From the NCBI RefSeq assembly GCF_003231495.1, contig NZ_PQWO01000022.1, positions 1 through 32,000 of the forward strand: a stretch of 32,000 bases of DNA, given 5' to 3'. This stretch comes from Acaryochloris thomasi RCC1774 (GTDB lineage: Bacteria > Cyanobacteriota > Cyanobacteriia > Thermosynechococcales > Thermosynechococcaceae). Within the stretch, counting starts at the first letter, position 1. Each line of letters opens with the position of its first letter. Both the position numbers and the translations under genes were made by a program. This document shows, piece by piece, positions 8,375-15,900 of this stretch. The notes below the pieces were generated by a model that was not told the DNA's origin, did not search any database, and worked only from the letters and a program-made list of their open reading frames with translations.

Positions 8375-8441
8375 AGATAGCTCTGTCGTTCATCTCGCTA
8401 GTCAGTCCACGCTATCTGAGCAACAAAATCGAGTTTTTGAA

Positions 8442-8482
8442 GGTGCGATCGCACTTTGCACCTTAAGCACCACCACCTTGAT
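8442..8482. repeat. Copy A of a ~40-bp direct repeat flanking the Gp49/HTH toxin-antitoxin cassette
   Basis: GGTGCGATCGCACTTTG-caccttaag-CACCACCACCTTGAT here, against GGTGCGATCGCACTTTG-gccccagg-CACCACCACCTTGAT at 9287-9326. The 17-nt and 15-nt cores are identical. Confidence 0.8.
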
Positions 8483-8510
8483 AAGGCTATTGAGCGATCA
8501 AGGTGGTGGT
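8469..8510. terminator. Long perfect hairpin between convergent operons, a possible bidirectional terminator
   Basis: ACCACCACCTTGAT (8469-8482) and ATCAAGGTGGTGGT (8497-8510) form a 14-bp perfect stem with a 14-nt loop. It lies between the stop of gene C (8374) and the stop of the minus-strand antitoxin (8524). There is no clear U-tract. Confidence 0.45.
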
Positions 8511-8523
8511 ACGAGTGAGCGTT

Positions 8524-8856
8524 CTAACCAAAAGCAACCTGATGGTAAGGCTCACCCTGTTGATGAGGACTAATCTCAATCGTGATCTTGTGATCCAAGC
8601 ACTTCAAAAAGTCTACAAGTTTATCCATCGAGAAGCGGCTGAAATGACCATTCATCAGATGAGAGACCTCAGCCTGCTTAATACCTAGCAAGTCAGCAAT
8701 TTCACGCTGCTTCAGATTCCGGGCCTTGAGAATTTGCACAACATGAAATCCAAGCATCCCTCGGGCCTGCAGCTCTTCGGCATCCTCAAAGCCAAGATCT
8801 GCAAACACATTGCCGCTGCTTTCTTCAAATTCAATCTTTGCTTTGCCCTTGCTCAT
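8524..8856 (-). CDS. XRE-family helix-turn-helix antitoxin, partner of the Gp49/HigB-like toxin
   Basis: 110 aa. SSGNVFADLGF, then NLKQREIADLLGIKQAEVSHLMNG (HTH), then FSMDKLVDFL are typical of antitoxins encoded downstream of DUF891/Gp49-type toxins. Confidence 0.8.
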   Translation of the reverse strand: MSKGKAKIEFEESSGNVFADLGFEDAEELQARGMLGFHVVQILKARNLKQREIADLLGIKQAEVSHLMNGHFSRFSMDKLVDFLKCLDHKITIEISPHQQGEPYHQVAFG

Positions 8857-9185
8857 ACCTTGCTAGCTCCACGGCTTCCTTATAGCGCTGTTTGATCAAA
8901 GCAACATCTTTGGGAGGCGTTGCAATACCTTGCTTTGACTTCTTCTGAAAAGCATGAAGAATATAAATCTCCTTGCCAATCTGTACGGCCTGCACACAAC
9001 GATAGGCTTCCTTGTTGTGCTTCAGTGCAATCTCGATGACACCACTCCCTACACCCTTGAAAGGCTTGGCATCTTTGGGTATTTCCCCAAACAAGCTGTA
9101 GCTCATCACCGATTAGCTTCTGTACCGCTCTAGGGAACCTAAGAATGTTTTTCGTGGAGCTTCCCATCCAAACAATAGGTTTCAG
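8831..9185 (-). pseudogene. Gp49/HigB-like (RelE/ParE superfamily) toxin gene, frameshifted and lacking a canonical start
   Basis: The N-terminal half (L)KPIVWMGSSTKNILRFPRAVQKLIGDELQLVWG is in one frame (ORF 8880-9167). The C-terminal half GEIPKDAKPFKGVGSGVIEIALKHNKEAYRCVQ...IYILHAFQKKSKQGIATPPKDVALIKQRYKEA is in another (ORF 8831-9109). The switch falls near the homopolymer at about 9080-9095. CTG occupies the position of the expected Met (9185-9183). Confidence 0.75.
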
Positions 9186-9256
9186 CGTGGGTGGTTTGCG
9201 GATATGAATGTCCTCGTATAGCGAAATACTTAAATAGTAAATTTCCTATAAATATC

Positions 9257-9283
9257 ATTATAGAATCATTGGGTGTGCGTCAA
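9257..9283 (-). promoter_or_regulatory. Candidate sigma70-type promoter for the degraded toxin/antitoxin operon
   Basis: On the minus strand, TTGACG (9283-9278), a 15-nt spacer and TATAAT (9262-9257) lie about 70 nt upstream of the toxin N-terminus. Confidence 0.4.
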
Positions 9284-9286
9284 CAG

Positions 9287-9326
9287 GGTGCGATCGCACT
9301 TTGGCCCCAGGCACCACCACCTTGAT
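9287..9326. repeat. Copy B of the ~40-bp direct repeat flanking the toxin-antitoxin cassette
   Basis: See copy A (8442-8482). Copy B lacks the second hairpin arm. Confidence 0.8.
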
Positions 9327-9422
9327 TGGGCACAGAGGCCGTAGGTTTCTAGATAAATCTCTTAGAGAAATTTGTCTGTATAGGGTGGGTTGTGCATCAA
9401 CATCAGCGATAGTCCTCTCTTT

Positions 9423-9728
9423 CTACCCAGCGATCGCAAGTTGATCAAAATCAATCGCCTCGATCTCCTCGTGAGTGTCAGCCTGCGAAGCTAGCCACAG
9501 ATCACGATTCTTCTGCATTCCTAGCCAGGTTTCTGCACTCAGACCCACAGCTTTCTCTAATCGAAGGGCCATATCAGCAGATACTGCCGTTTGCTGCGAG
9601 ACCACACGGGCAACGGTCGAATGAGAAACCCCTAGGCGCTTCGCAAAATCACGAGCGCTCAGGCCATAAGGCTCCATGTAGAACTCTTGCAGGATTTCTC
9701 CTGGATGAGCTGGGTCATGCATTCTCAT
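9423..9728 (-). CDS. higA: HigA-family antitoxin (XRE HTH)
   Basis: 101 aa. HPGEILQEFYMEPYGLSARDFAKRLGVSHSTVARVVSQQTAVSADMALRLEKAVGLSAETWLGMQ is the canonical HigA/VapI pattern. Confidence 0.85.
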   Translation of the reverse strand: MRMHDPAHPGEILQEFYMEPYGLSARDFAKRLGVSHSTVARVVSQQTAVSADMALRLEKAVGLSAETWLGMQKNRDLWLASQADTHEEIEAIDFDQLAIAG

Positions 9729-9829
9729 TAGTGATAGTTCTCATAATCCAAAATGTAGACATCGCCGTCAATAAATTCAAACGTTAATCGCCAGTTACCA
9801 CTGACCCAAAATGAGCTGACGAGTCGACC
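9728..9829 (-). pseudogene. 3' remnant (about 33 codons) of a HigB toxin gene; the 5' part is missing
   Basis: Translation GRLVSSFWVSGNWRLTFEFIDGDVYILDYENYH* matches the conserved HigB C-terminus (..FWS..VSGNWRLIFRFEDGD..DV.LVDYH). Its TAA overlaps the higA ATG (TAATG). Upstream sequence in this frame loses similarity and hits a stop. The region is overlapped out of frame by the LuxR ORF tail. Confidence 0.7.
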
Positions 9830-10512
9830 TGCCGTTGATCTGTCGCAAGTTGTACAACCATTTCTGTTCGCGAAGAAACGTCGAGCTTACGGAACATCCT
9901 TTTGAGTGCCTTTTTAACAGTATTTTCAGTAATCCAAAGTTCAGCGCCCACCTCCGCATTCGTTCGGCCCGACGCAACTAAATCTGCGATCTGTAGCTCA
10001 CGAGAAGTAAGGTGATTGCGCTTCAAAGACAGACCATTTTGCTTAGCTGTCCGTTTGCTCGTTGTCCAAACAGATAAATGTAAACAAACAGCGCTCACGT
10101 CCGCTAGGTCTTGTGCATCAAAAGCAGGCATCGACTTTTCTCGGGTACAGCCCACCACGCCGACCAGTTGCCCCTCGCTGACAATCGGGCCTGCCATCAC
10201 ATGCCAGTGATCGGGGCGAGGACAAATCAGCCGCCAAGCCTTGGGTGAAGTGACGAGTGCCTCATGGGCCGGGGCATGGCGCTCTACTAAGTAGCGAGCG
10301 ATAGGATTGCGTTCAACCGATAGCGCAACGTCTGCAATCTTTTTGAGGTTTTTGTTGCTGCTGCTAGCTGAGAGGATTTGATCAAAGAAGAATATTCCCG
10401 AGCGCTGGGCTGCAAAGTACTCGGCCAGTTTGGGAACGAGTTGCGATCGCAACTCGTACTCGTGCTCAACATGATTAATCGCCTGAAATAGGCTTTGTAA
10501 TGTGCTGTTCAT
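9784..10512 (-). CDS. LuxR-family transcriptional regulator (C-terminal HTH; N-terminal sensory domain unassigned)
   Basis: LTSRELQIADLVASGRTNAEVGAELWITENTVKKALKRMFRKLDVSSRTEM is a LuxR/FixJ-type HTH. The last ~19 residues extend into higB-derived DNA. Confidence 0.8.
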   Translation of the reverse strand: MNSTLQSLFQAINHVEHEYELRSQLVPKLAEYFAAQRSGIFFFDQILSASSSNKNLKKIADVALSVERNPIARYLVERHAPAHEALVTSPKAWRLICPRPDHWHVMAGPIVSEGQLVGVVGCTREKSMPAFDAQDLADVSAVCLHLSVWTTSKRTAKQNGLSLKRNHLTSRELQIADLVASGRTNAEVGAELWITENTVKKALKRMFRKLDVSSRTEMVVQLATDQRQVDSSAHFGSVVTGD

Positions 10513-10634
10513 AATTCTAGAGAGTAGCTACCCTCAAAAAAAAGGTACCCGATCGAGGTCTAGTCGTCATCGGATGTTCTCTCTATCGTAGACGGTATAG
10601 ATTTCCACCGAAACGATTGACTGGAGAAATTGGA

Positions 10635-11306
10635 ATGAATGATTCACAAAAGCACATCATCGGTTTAGTCTTTTATCCGGGGATGACAGCCCTCGACGTG
10701 ATTGGCCCGCAAACCGTATTCACTGGGTTGCCGGGAGTCCAGGTTCATCGCATCTGGAAAACGTTGGACCCTATCTCGACAGATGATGGGATGGTGATTG
10801 TGCCAGACACGACCTTTGCAGATTGTCCGGCTTTGGATGTTGTTTGTATCGGAGGCGGACGTGGGCAGGGCGCAGTGACAGACGATCCAGAATTGCTCAA
10901 TTTTCTTCAACAACAGGGACGGACTGCCAAGTTCGTTACCTCTGTGTGCGGCGGGTCTGAGTTTTTGGCGAAGGCAGGACTGCTGCAAGGCTATCGCGCA
11001 GCAACACACTGGGCAGCACGGGAACAGCTTGCAGGCTTAGGCATTGACGTTGGAACTGAGCGCGTCGTCATTGATCGCAATCGCATGACAGGGGGCGGCG
11101 TCACAGCAGGCATTGATTTTGGTCTGGTGGTCGCATCAAAACTATGTGGAGAGGAAGCAGCCAAAATTGCTCAACTCATGATGGAGTATGATCCGGCCCC
11201 TCCCTTCGACGCGGGTTCTCCAGAGAAAGCAGGTACAGAGCTGGTTGAGAAAGCAATGGCACAAGTAGCTGGCGTTTTCAATCCCCCCATCAAGCAGGGA
11301 GTATGA
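10635..11306 (+). CDS. DJ-1/PfpI family protein (class I glutamine amidotransferase-like fold)
   Basis: The nucleophile-elbow motif is VTSVCGGSEFLAKAGLLQGYRAATHW. I prefer the ATG at 10635, preceded by GGAG, over the tracked TTG at 10617. Confidence 0.8.
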   Translation: MNDSQKHIIGLVFYPGMTALDVIGPQTVFTGLPGVQVHRIWKTLDPISTDDGMVIVPDTTFADCPALDVVCIGGGRGQGAVTDDPELLNFLQQQGRTAKFVTSVCGGSEFLAKAGLLQGYRAATHWAAREQLAGLGIDVGTERVVIDRNRMTGGGVTAGIDFGLVVASKLCGEEAAKIAQLMMEYDPAPPFDAGSPEKAGTELVEKAMAQVAGVFNPPIKQGV

Positions 11307-11307
11307 A

Positions 11308-11736
11308 ATGACCATCAATCTAGACGTTGAACGCGATAATACTTACGCCAAAAATTGGGTAAATATCGGCTTTTATGCGGTTTCGATTCTCTTTAACGTC
11401 TGCCTGATGGCTCAGGTATTAACGGTCGGCGTTGCCTACTTCTCCGATCCTGCTTGGTGGACTGTTCATAAGTGGCTCGTGCGGGGCTACGGCGGATTGT
11501 CATTGGTCTTACTGGGAGGAGCGTTCATGACGCCATCTTCAGCCAGGATTCGATCGCTTGCCGCCAGCCTACCCGTGCTGATGGGATTCCAGTTTTTCAG
11601 TCTCCATGTCAAGACTCCGCTGCATTTAGAGATCTTCCATCCTCTGATTGGATTTGCGTTGTTCTATGTTTCCTCAAGTCTTGTACACAATGTATCGCGT
11701 CGCTTATTTCCGACTGGCAATCCAAGCGTGCATTAG
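11308..11736 (+). CDS. Hypothetical integral membrane protein
   Basis: 142 aa with about four hydrophobic segments. It starts 2 nt after the DJ-1 stop, so the two are probably co-transcribed. Confidence 0.6.
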   Translation: MTINLDVERDNTYAKNWVNIGFYAVSILFNVCLMAQVLTVGVAYFSDPAWWTVHKWLVRGYGGLSLVLLGGAFMTPSSARIRSLAASLPVLMGFQFFSLHVKTPLHLEIFHPLIGFALFYVSSSLVHNVSRRLFPTGNPSVH

Positions 11737-11757
11737 CGATGAAACAATCGCTTTCAC

Positions 11758-12459
11758 TCAGATTGCTCGTTGAGCATACCAAGCATAAATATGGAGAGCT
11801 TGAAAAAATAAAATCGGCGTGTTGAAGCCATTGGACATCATGGTTGACTCAATTTCTGGGAGCGGTCGGAGCGCGACCTCTTGGCGGTAAAGCGTAGGAA
11901 GCTGTTCAATTTGTTCGATAGGCATCCCAGAAAACTTCAGCAGTCGGAGCCACGTTTCAAGTAGCTGATCGTACTGGACCGTAGACTGATCGGATGCAAG
12001 GGTAGCGTTAACGAAGTATCCACCTGGACGCAGCCGTGAGGCAATCTGACCAAAGAAACGACTAATGTCCTCTTGCAGCAGTAGAAAGTGGGAAACGAAC
12101 AGGCAAGTTGCCGCATCGAATAAATCCATTGGGGGTAAAGAATCAAGATAGCCTTCGTGAAACGTGATGCGGGAGGCGATGTCGCTTTCTTCAGCTTTTT
12201 GCCTGCAAATCTCTAACATGGGGGCCGCAGGTTCTACTGCTGTAAACTGCCACTGCGGAAAGGCTTGAGCAAGAGAGAGCAGCTCTAACCCTGTCCCTGC
12301 ACCCACACAGAGAATTCTGGCATCAGCAGGCAGCCCAGCAAGTACGGCGTGCATGAGAAAGTGCAGTGTTTCGTGAATAGGGGCGAATTTAGCATTCCCC
12401 TGATCGTAGGAAGCAGCGCGTTCTTGATCGAAAACAATCGATGTCTTTTGATTTTGCAT
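11758..12459 (-). CDS. Class I SAM-dependent methyltransferase
   Basis: Motif I is ILCVGAGTGLELL, followed by an acidic residue (AVEP) and motif-II-like DAATCLFV. Confidence 0.8.
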   Translation of the reverse strand: MQNQKTSIVFDQERAASYDQGNAKFAPIHETLHFLMHAVLAGLPADARILCVGAGTGLELLSLAQAFPQWQFTAVEPAAPMLEICRQKAEESDIASRITFHEGYLDSLPPMDLFDAATCLFVSHFLLLQEDISRFFGQIASRLRPGGYFVNATLASDQSTVQYDQLLETWLRLLKFSGMPIEQIEQLPTLYRQEVALRPLPEIESTMMSNGFNTPILFFQALHIYAWYAQRAI

Positions 12460-12614
12460 GATGAAATCTACTGTTGAAGCCCAAAAAGTGTGGTGTAGCT
12501 CGGATCGATAGTTGAGGTACTAATCCAAGCGATAGTCTTAAACTAACCCAACTTCAAGCTCAGATTAATTCTAATATTGATATAGTATTGATACCAAAAA
12601 TGCATTAATACAGC

Positions 12615-13532
12615 ATGGAAATACAGGATTTTCGCTGCTTTGTTGTTCTGTCTGAAGAGCTAAACTTTCGGCGGGCAGCAGAGAAGCTAAATATGTCACA
12701 GCCTCCTTTAACGCGCTTGGTGAAGCGGCTTGAGCAGGACGTCGGCGTTGCGTTGTTCAATCGTACGACTCGCACGGTTGAGCTGACTGAGGCAGGCCAA
12801 TATTTTTTGCAGGAAGCCAGAGCGTTCCTACTCCATGCAGATGAAACCGCCCGACGGATTCGCCATGCAACAGCAAACGCTTCAAATCATTTGAAAATTG
12901 GCTATGTTCCTATCGCGCTGCACACCGTGATGTCGCCCTTTCTAAACCGTTGTCGAAGTCAGTTTCCACAGGTCGAATTAGATTTGCGCGAGCGATCAAC
13001 CGATAGGATTATCGATCAGCTCCATAGTGCAGAGATAGATATTGGGTTTCTCTACATGCCAGCGTATTCCACCTTGCTTGAGTTCAAACGTGTTTACCGA
13101 GAGCCGATGGCATTAGTTGTACCTGCTGATCATGCGATGGCAGATCGGTCTTCAGCAAGCTTAAGAGAATTCGCGAATGATATCTTCGTTCTGCATCCTC
13201 GTGATGAAAATCCGGCGATGCATGACGAGATTTTACGCTGTTGCACGATAGCAGGATTTTCGCCCCGAACGCTCAAGCAAGCTCATGACCAAACCTGTAT
13301 GGCTTTATTGTTAGCAGGACAGGGCATTCATTTTGTAGCTTCGGGCCTAGACTGCCTTGGCTCTAAAGGGCTACATCGGATTGCGATTAGTGACACAGCA
13401 CCTGCGCTAGAACTTGCGATCGCATGGCGAAAAGAAGATCCCTCTGCTGTCGTAAAGTCACTGGTCAGCAACCTCTCAACAGTATGTTCGCAGCTTAGAA
13501 GGCTGTCGTCGGAGGGACAATCGCTTCATTAA
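12615..13532 (+). CDS. LysR-family transcriptional regulator
   Basis: The N-terminal HTH is FRRAAEKLNMSQPPLTRLVKRLEQDVGVALFNRTTR. At 305 aa it is the typical size. It is divergent from the methyltransferase gene. Confidence 0.9.
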   Translation: MEIQDFRCFVVLSEELNFRRAAEKLNMSQPPLTRLVKRLEQDVGVALFNRTTRTVELTEAGQYFLQEARAFLLHADETARRIRHATANASNHLKIGYVPIALHTVMSPFLNRCRSQFPQVELDLRERSTDRIIDQLHSAEIDIGFLYMPAYSTLLEFKRVYREPMALVVPADHAMADRSSASLREFANDIFVLHPRDENPAMHDEILRCCTIAGFSPRTLKQAHDQTCMALLLAGQGIHFVASGLDCLGSKGLHRIAISDTAPALELAIAWRKEDPSAVVKSLVSNLSTVCSQLRRLSSEGQSLH

Positions 13533-13709
13533 CATCGATATCAGTTGGGTTTAGCGGGGTGAGCCGCTGAGATCTAGAACTTGACTATGCTCAAGCTTAG
13601 TGAGGAGTTATTTAGTGAGTTGCGATCGCATCAGGGCACACAGGAAAGAAGAGTCGCTCTAACAGAGGTTTCAAGCATTCTTTAATAAGGGGATTCTTGA
13701 TAACTTCGG

Positions 13710-14594
13710 CTATAAATCCGATGCAGCCTTTACCTTATCCTGTGTGCGAGTTTCAAAGTCTTCGGCATCATGGCGCTCATGTAACTGTTCTTCCAAAGCG
13801 CCCCAGGTGCGGTTGACCATGCGCCCCCGCTTCACGGCTGGGCGTTCTGCTATTTCTTCGGCCCAACGAACCACATGGGTGTAAGACGAGGCATCAAGAA
13901 ATTCCGCTGCGCTGTACAGGACATTGCGAACAACGCCGCCATACCAAGGCCAGATTGCAATATCGGCAATCGTGTATTGATCACCCGCCATAAATTGATG
14001 CGTTTCTAAATGCCGATTCATCACGTCAAGCTGGCGTTTCGTCTCCATTGTGAAACGGTCGATGCAATATTCAATTTTGGTCGGTGCATAGCTGTAGAAG
14101 TGACCAAACCCGCCGCCCAAATAGGGGGCTGAACCCATTTGCCAGAACAACCACGACAAACATTCCGTCCGGGTTTGATGATCTGTGGGGATGAGCTGAC
14201 CAAATTTTTCAGCTAAGTAGAGCAGGATGGAACCCGATTCAAACACACGCGTCGGTGTAGGGGTTGATTGATCCAACAGTGCCGGGATTTTTGAATTGGG
14301 ATTGACCTCAACGAAACCGCTGCCGAACTGATCGCCGTCGCCAATTTTAATTAGATAGGCGTCGTATTCGGCCCCCGTCTCACCCAACGCCAATAGCTCT
14401 TCCAGCATGATCGTGACTTTTTGACCGTTGGGGGTTGCCATCGAATAGAGCTGCAGGGGATGTTTTCCCACCGGTAAGTCTTTGTCATGGGTTGGCCCCG
14501 CAATGGGGCGATTGATGCTGGCCCACGCTCCACCATTTTCAGCGTTCCACTGCCAAACTTTGGGCGGTGTGTAGTTGTCTTGACTGCTCATCAT
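13710..14594 (-). CDS. yghU: Nu-class glutathione S-transferase, YghU-like
   Basis: Near-collinear similarity to E. coli YghU as I remember it: PPKVWQW...INRPIAGPTHDKDLPVGKHPLQLYSMATPNGQKVTIMLEELLALG...GDGDQFGSGFVEVNPNSKIPAL...FESGSILLYLAEKFG...GGGFGHFYSYAP.KIEY.I.RF. Confidence 0.85.
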   Translation of the reverse strand: MMSSQDNYTPPKVWQWNAENGGAWASINRPIAGPTHDKDLPVGKHPLQLYSMATPNGQKVTIMLEELLALGETGAEYDAYLIKIGDGDQFGSGFVEVNPNSKIPALLDQSTPTPTRVFESGSILLYLAEKFGQLIPTDHQTRTECLSWLFWQMGSAPYLGGGFGHFYSYAPTKIEYCIDRFTMETKRQLDVMNRHLETHQFMAGDQYTIADIAIWPWYGGVVRNVLYSAAEFLDASSYTHVVRWAEEIAERPAVKRGRMVNRTWGALEEQLHERHDAEDFETRTQDKVKAASDL

Positions 14595-14646
14595 CAGGCT
14601 CCTTGGTGGGGCAATTAAAAATTGGGATGGTTCTTAAAAGATATCG

Positions 14647-15726
14647 CTATCGACCGGCTTCGGCTGTTGCCAAGGGCTTAAATCGCATAATCTTAAACTC
14701 GCCTTTATTCGCGGCTTCACCTCCATTCAGAACTGGGGAGCGATGGAGTTCGTTGACGGTGAAGTAGATATCGCCATCGGCACCCACGGCAAACCCATCG
14801 GGCCAGGAAAGTGTGTCGTCTTGATGGAGAATGCGATAGTTGCCATCGACTCCGGTTACGCCAATCGCATCTTCTGTAATGGAGGTTATATAGACATTAC
14901 CTGCGGTATCAACCGTTGAGCCATCGGAGATGGTTTTGTCACCATACCGTTCAACCTTTTGCGCCAGCGCTGTTTGGCTAAGGCGGGTATCGCGTAAATC
15001 TTTGGCCTGGATACGGTAGAGACTGGTGGATGACATGGGGCCAAAATAGACCCACTCATTATTGGCATCAATAGTGATCGGATTCACGCCGATACGAGCA
15101 GGCGCATCGCCAAAAATGACGGTTTCGCCATCAATGACCATATCGATGTCTTCTGGGGTCGTAGATTCTGAACCATCGAGGACGCGACGGGCTCGGCCTG
15201 TTTCGATATCCACAACGATGATAGCTCCGGCGCTGTCGGCAATATAAATGGCGTTGTGATCGCGATCGACGGCTAGGTCATTGAGAAAGCTGTCAGGGGT
15301 CGTGACGGGGGCAGCGAGATACATAATTTTGTGCAGTTGCTCTTTCCGAGTGTCCCAGGCGATGAGTCGTCCCGCTTGGCTTTTGGCCTGTCCATCAAGC
15401 ATCCAGAGAATGCCGTTGCGATCGACCTGCAGACCCAGTACGTCGTTCAAACCTGGCCCGTCTCCGGTGGGTGCGCCGGACCAGGCTGGCGTTGGATAGG
15501 GTTGGGTGGAACCATCTTTCATTACTTCTAGTACATGATGGGTGGGTTCACCGTAGAAGCCATGCACGCTGATAAAGATGCGCCCGTTAGATGCGATCGC
15601 AAGATTTCCAGGTGGAGTATCTGCATCAAAAGCAACAACCGTTTCGAGCTGTGCAGAAGCAGAGAATGCGGTACTGAAGACCATTGCAGCAGCAACCAGC
15701 GTAGTACGGCCAGCACTCTTGAGCAT
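14647..15726 (-). CDS. Secreted beta-propeller protein, probably major royal jelly/yellow family
   Basis: A signal-peptide-like N-terminus (MLKSAGRTTLVAAAMVFSTAFSASAQ) suggests the Met at 15726 as the start. FLNDLAVDRDHNAIYIADSAGAIIVVDIETGRARRVL resembles bacterial MRJP-family motifs. Confidence 0.55.
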   Translation of the reverse strand: MLKSAGRTTLVAAAMVFSTAFSASAQLETVVAFDADTPPGNLAIASNGRIFISVHGFYGEPTHHVLEVMKDGSTQPYPTPAWSGAPTGDGPGLNDVLGLQVDRNGILWMLDGQAKSQAGRLIAWDTRKEQLHKIMYLAAPVTTPDSFLNDLAVDRDHNAIYIADSAGAIIVVDIETGRARRVLDGSESTTPEDIDMVIDGETVIFGDAPARIGVNPITIDANNEWVYFGPMSSTSLYRIQAKDLRDTRLSQTALAQKVERYGDKTISDGSTVDTAGNVYITSITEDAIGVTGVDGNYRILHQDDTLSWPDGFAVGADGDIYFTVNELHRSPVLNGGEAANKGEFKIMRFKPLATAEAGR

Positions 15727-15900
15727 TGCTGAAATTCCGTGGGGTCGTTTGCAGCGCATGAAATTAACCATATGAAGATCGTTGTGGATTGCTGTGCCCT
15801 CAACACGTTAGGGCATCATGCGTTTGATTCTAATCCAGCCATTCTCTTTGGAGAAACCTTTGATGCGATCGCAACTTTCAAAATCACTTTCGATGTCATG

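Noticed and set aside
8322-8688. Plus-strand ORFs 8322-8573 and 8503-8688 downstream of gene C
   Set aside because: They run through the hairpin and repeat and then antisense to the well-supported HTH antitoxin gene, so they are probably read-through artefacts.
8880-9167. 95-aa ORF treated as an independent gene
   Set aside because: Only its first ~30 residues resemble the Gp49/HigB-like family. The remainder is out-of-frame translation of the toxin C-terminal half. I interpret it as the 5' part of a frameshifted toxin gene.
6073-9326. Whether the short direct repeats could be a CRISPR array or a ToxI-like tandem RNA repeat
   Set aside because: There are only two or three copies with irregular spacing (about 40-80 bp in one case and about 800 bp in the other). 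No regular repeat-spacer periodicity and no cas genes are present.
11472-11825. 117-aa plus-strand ORF overlapping the membrane-protein gene and the methyltransferase 3' end
   Set aside because: It is an alternative frame of a hydrophobic-protein gene, and no motifs were found.
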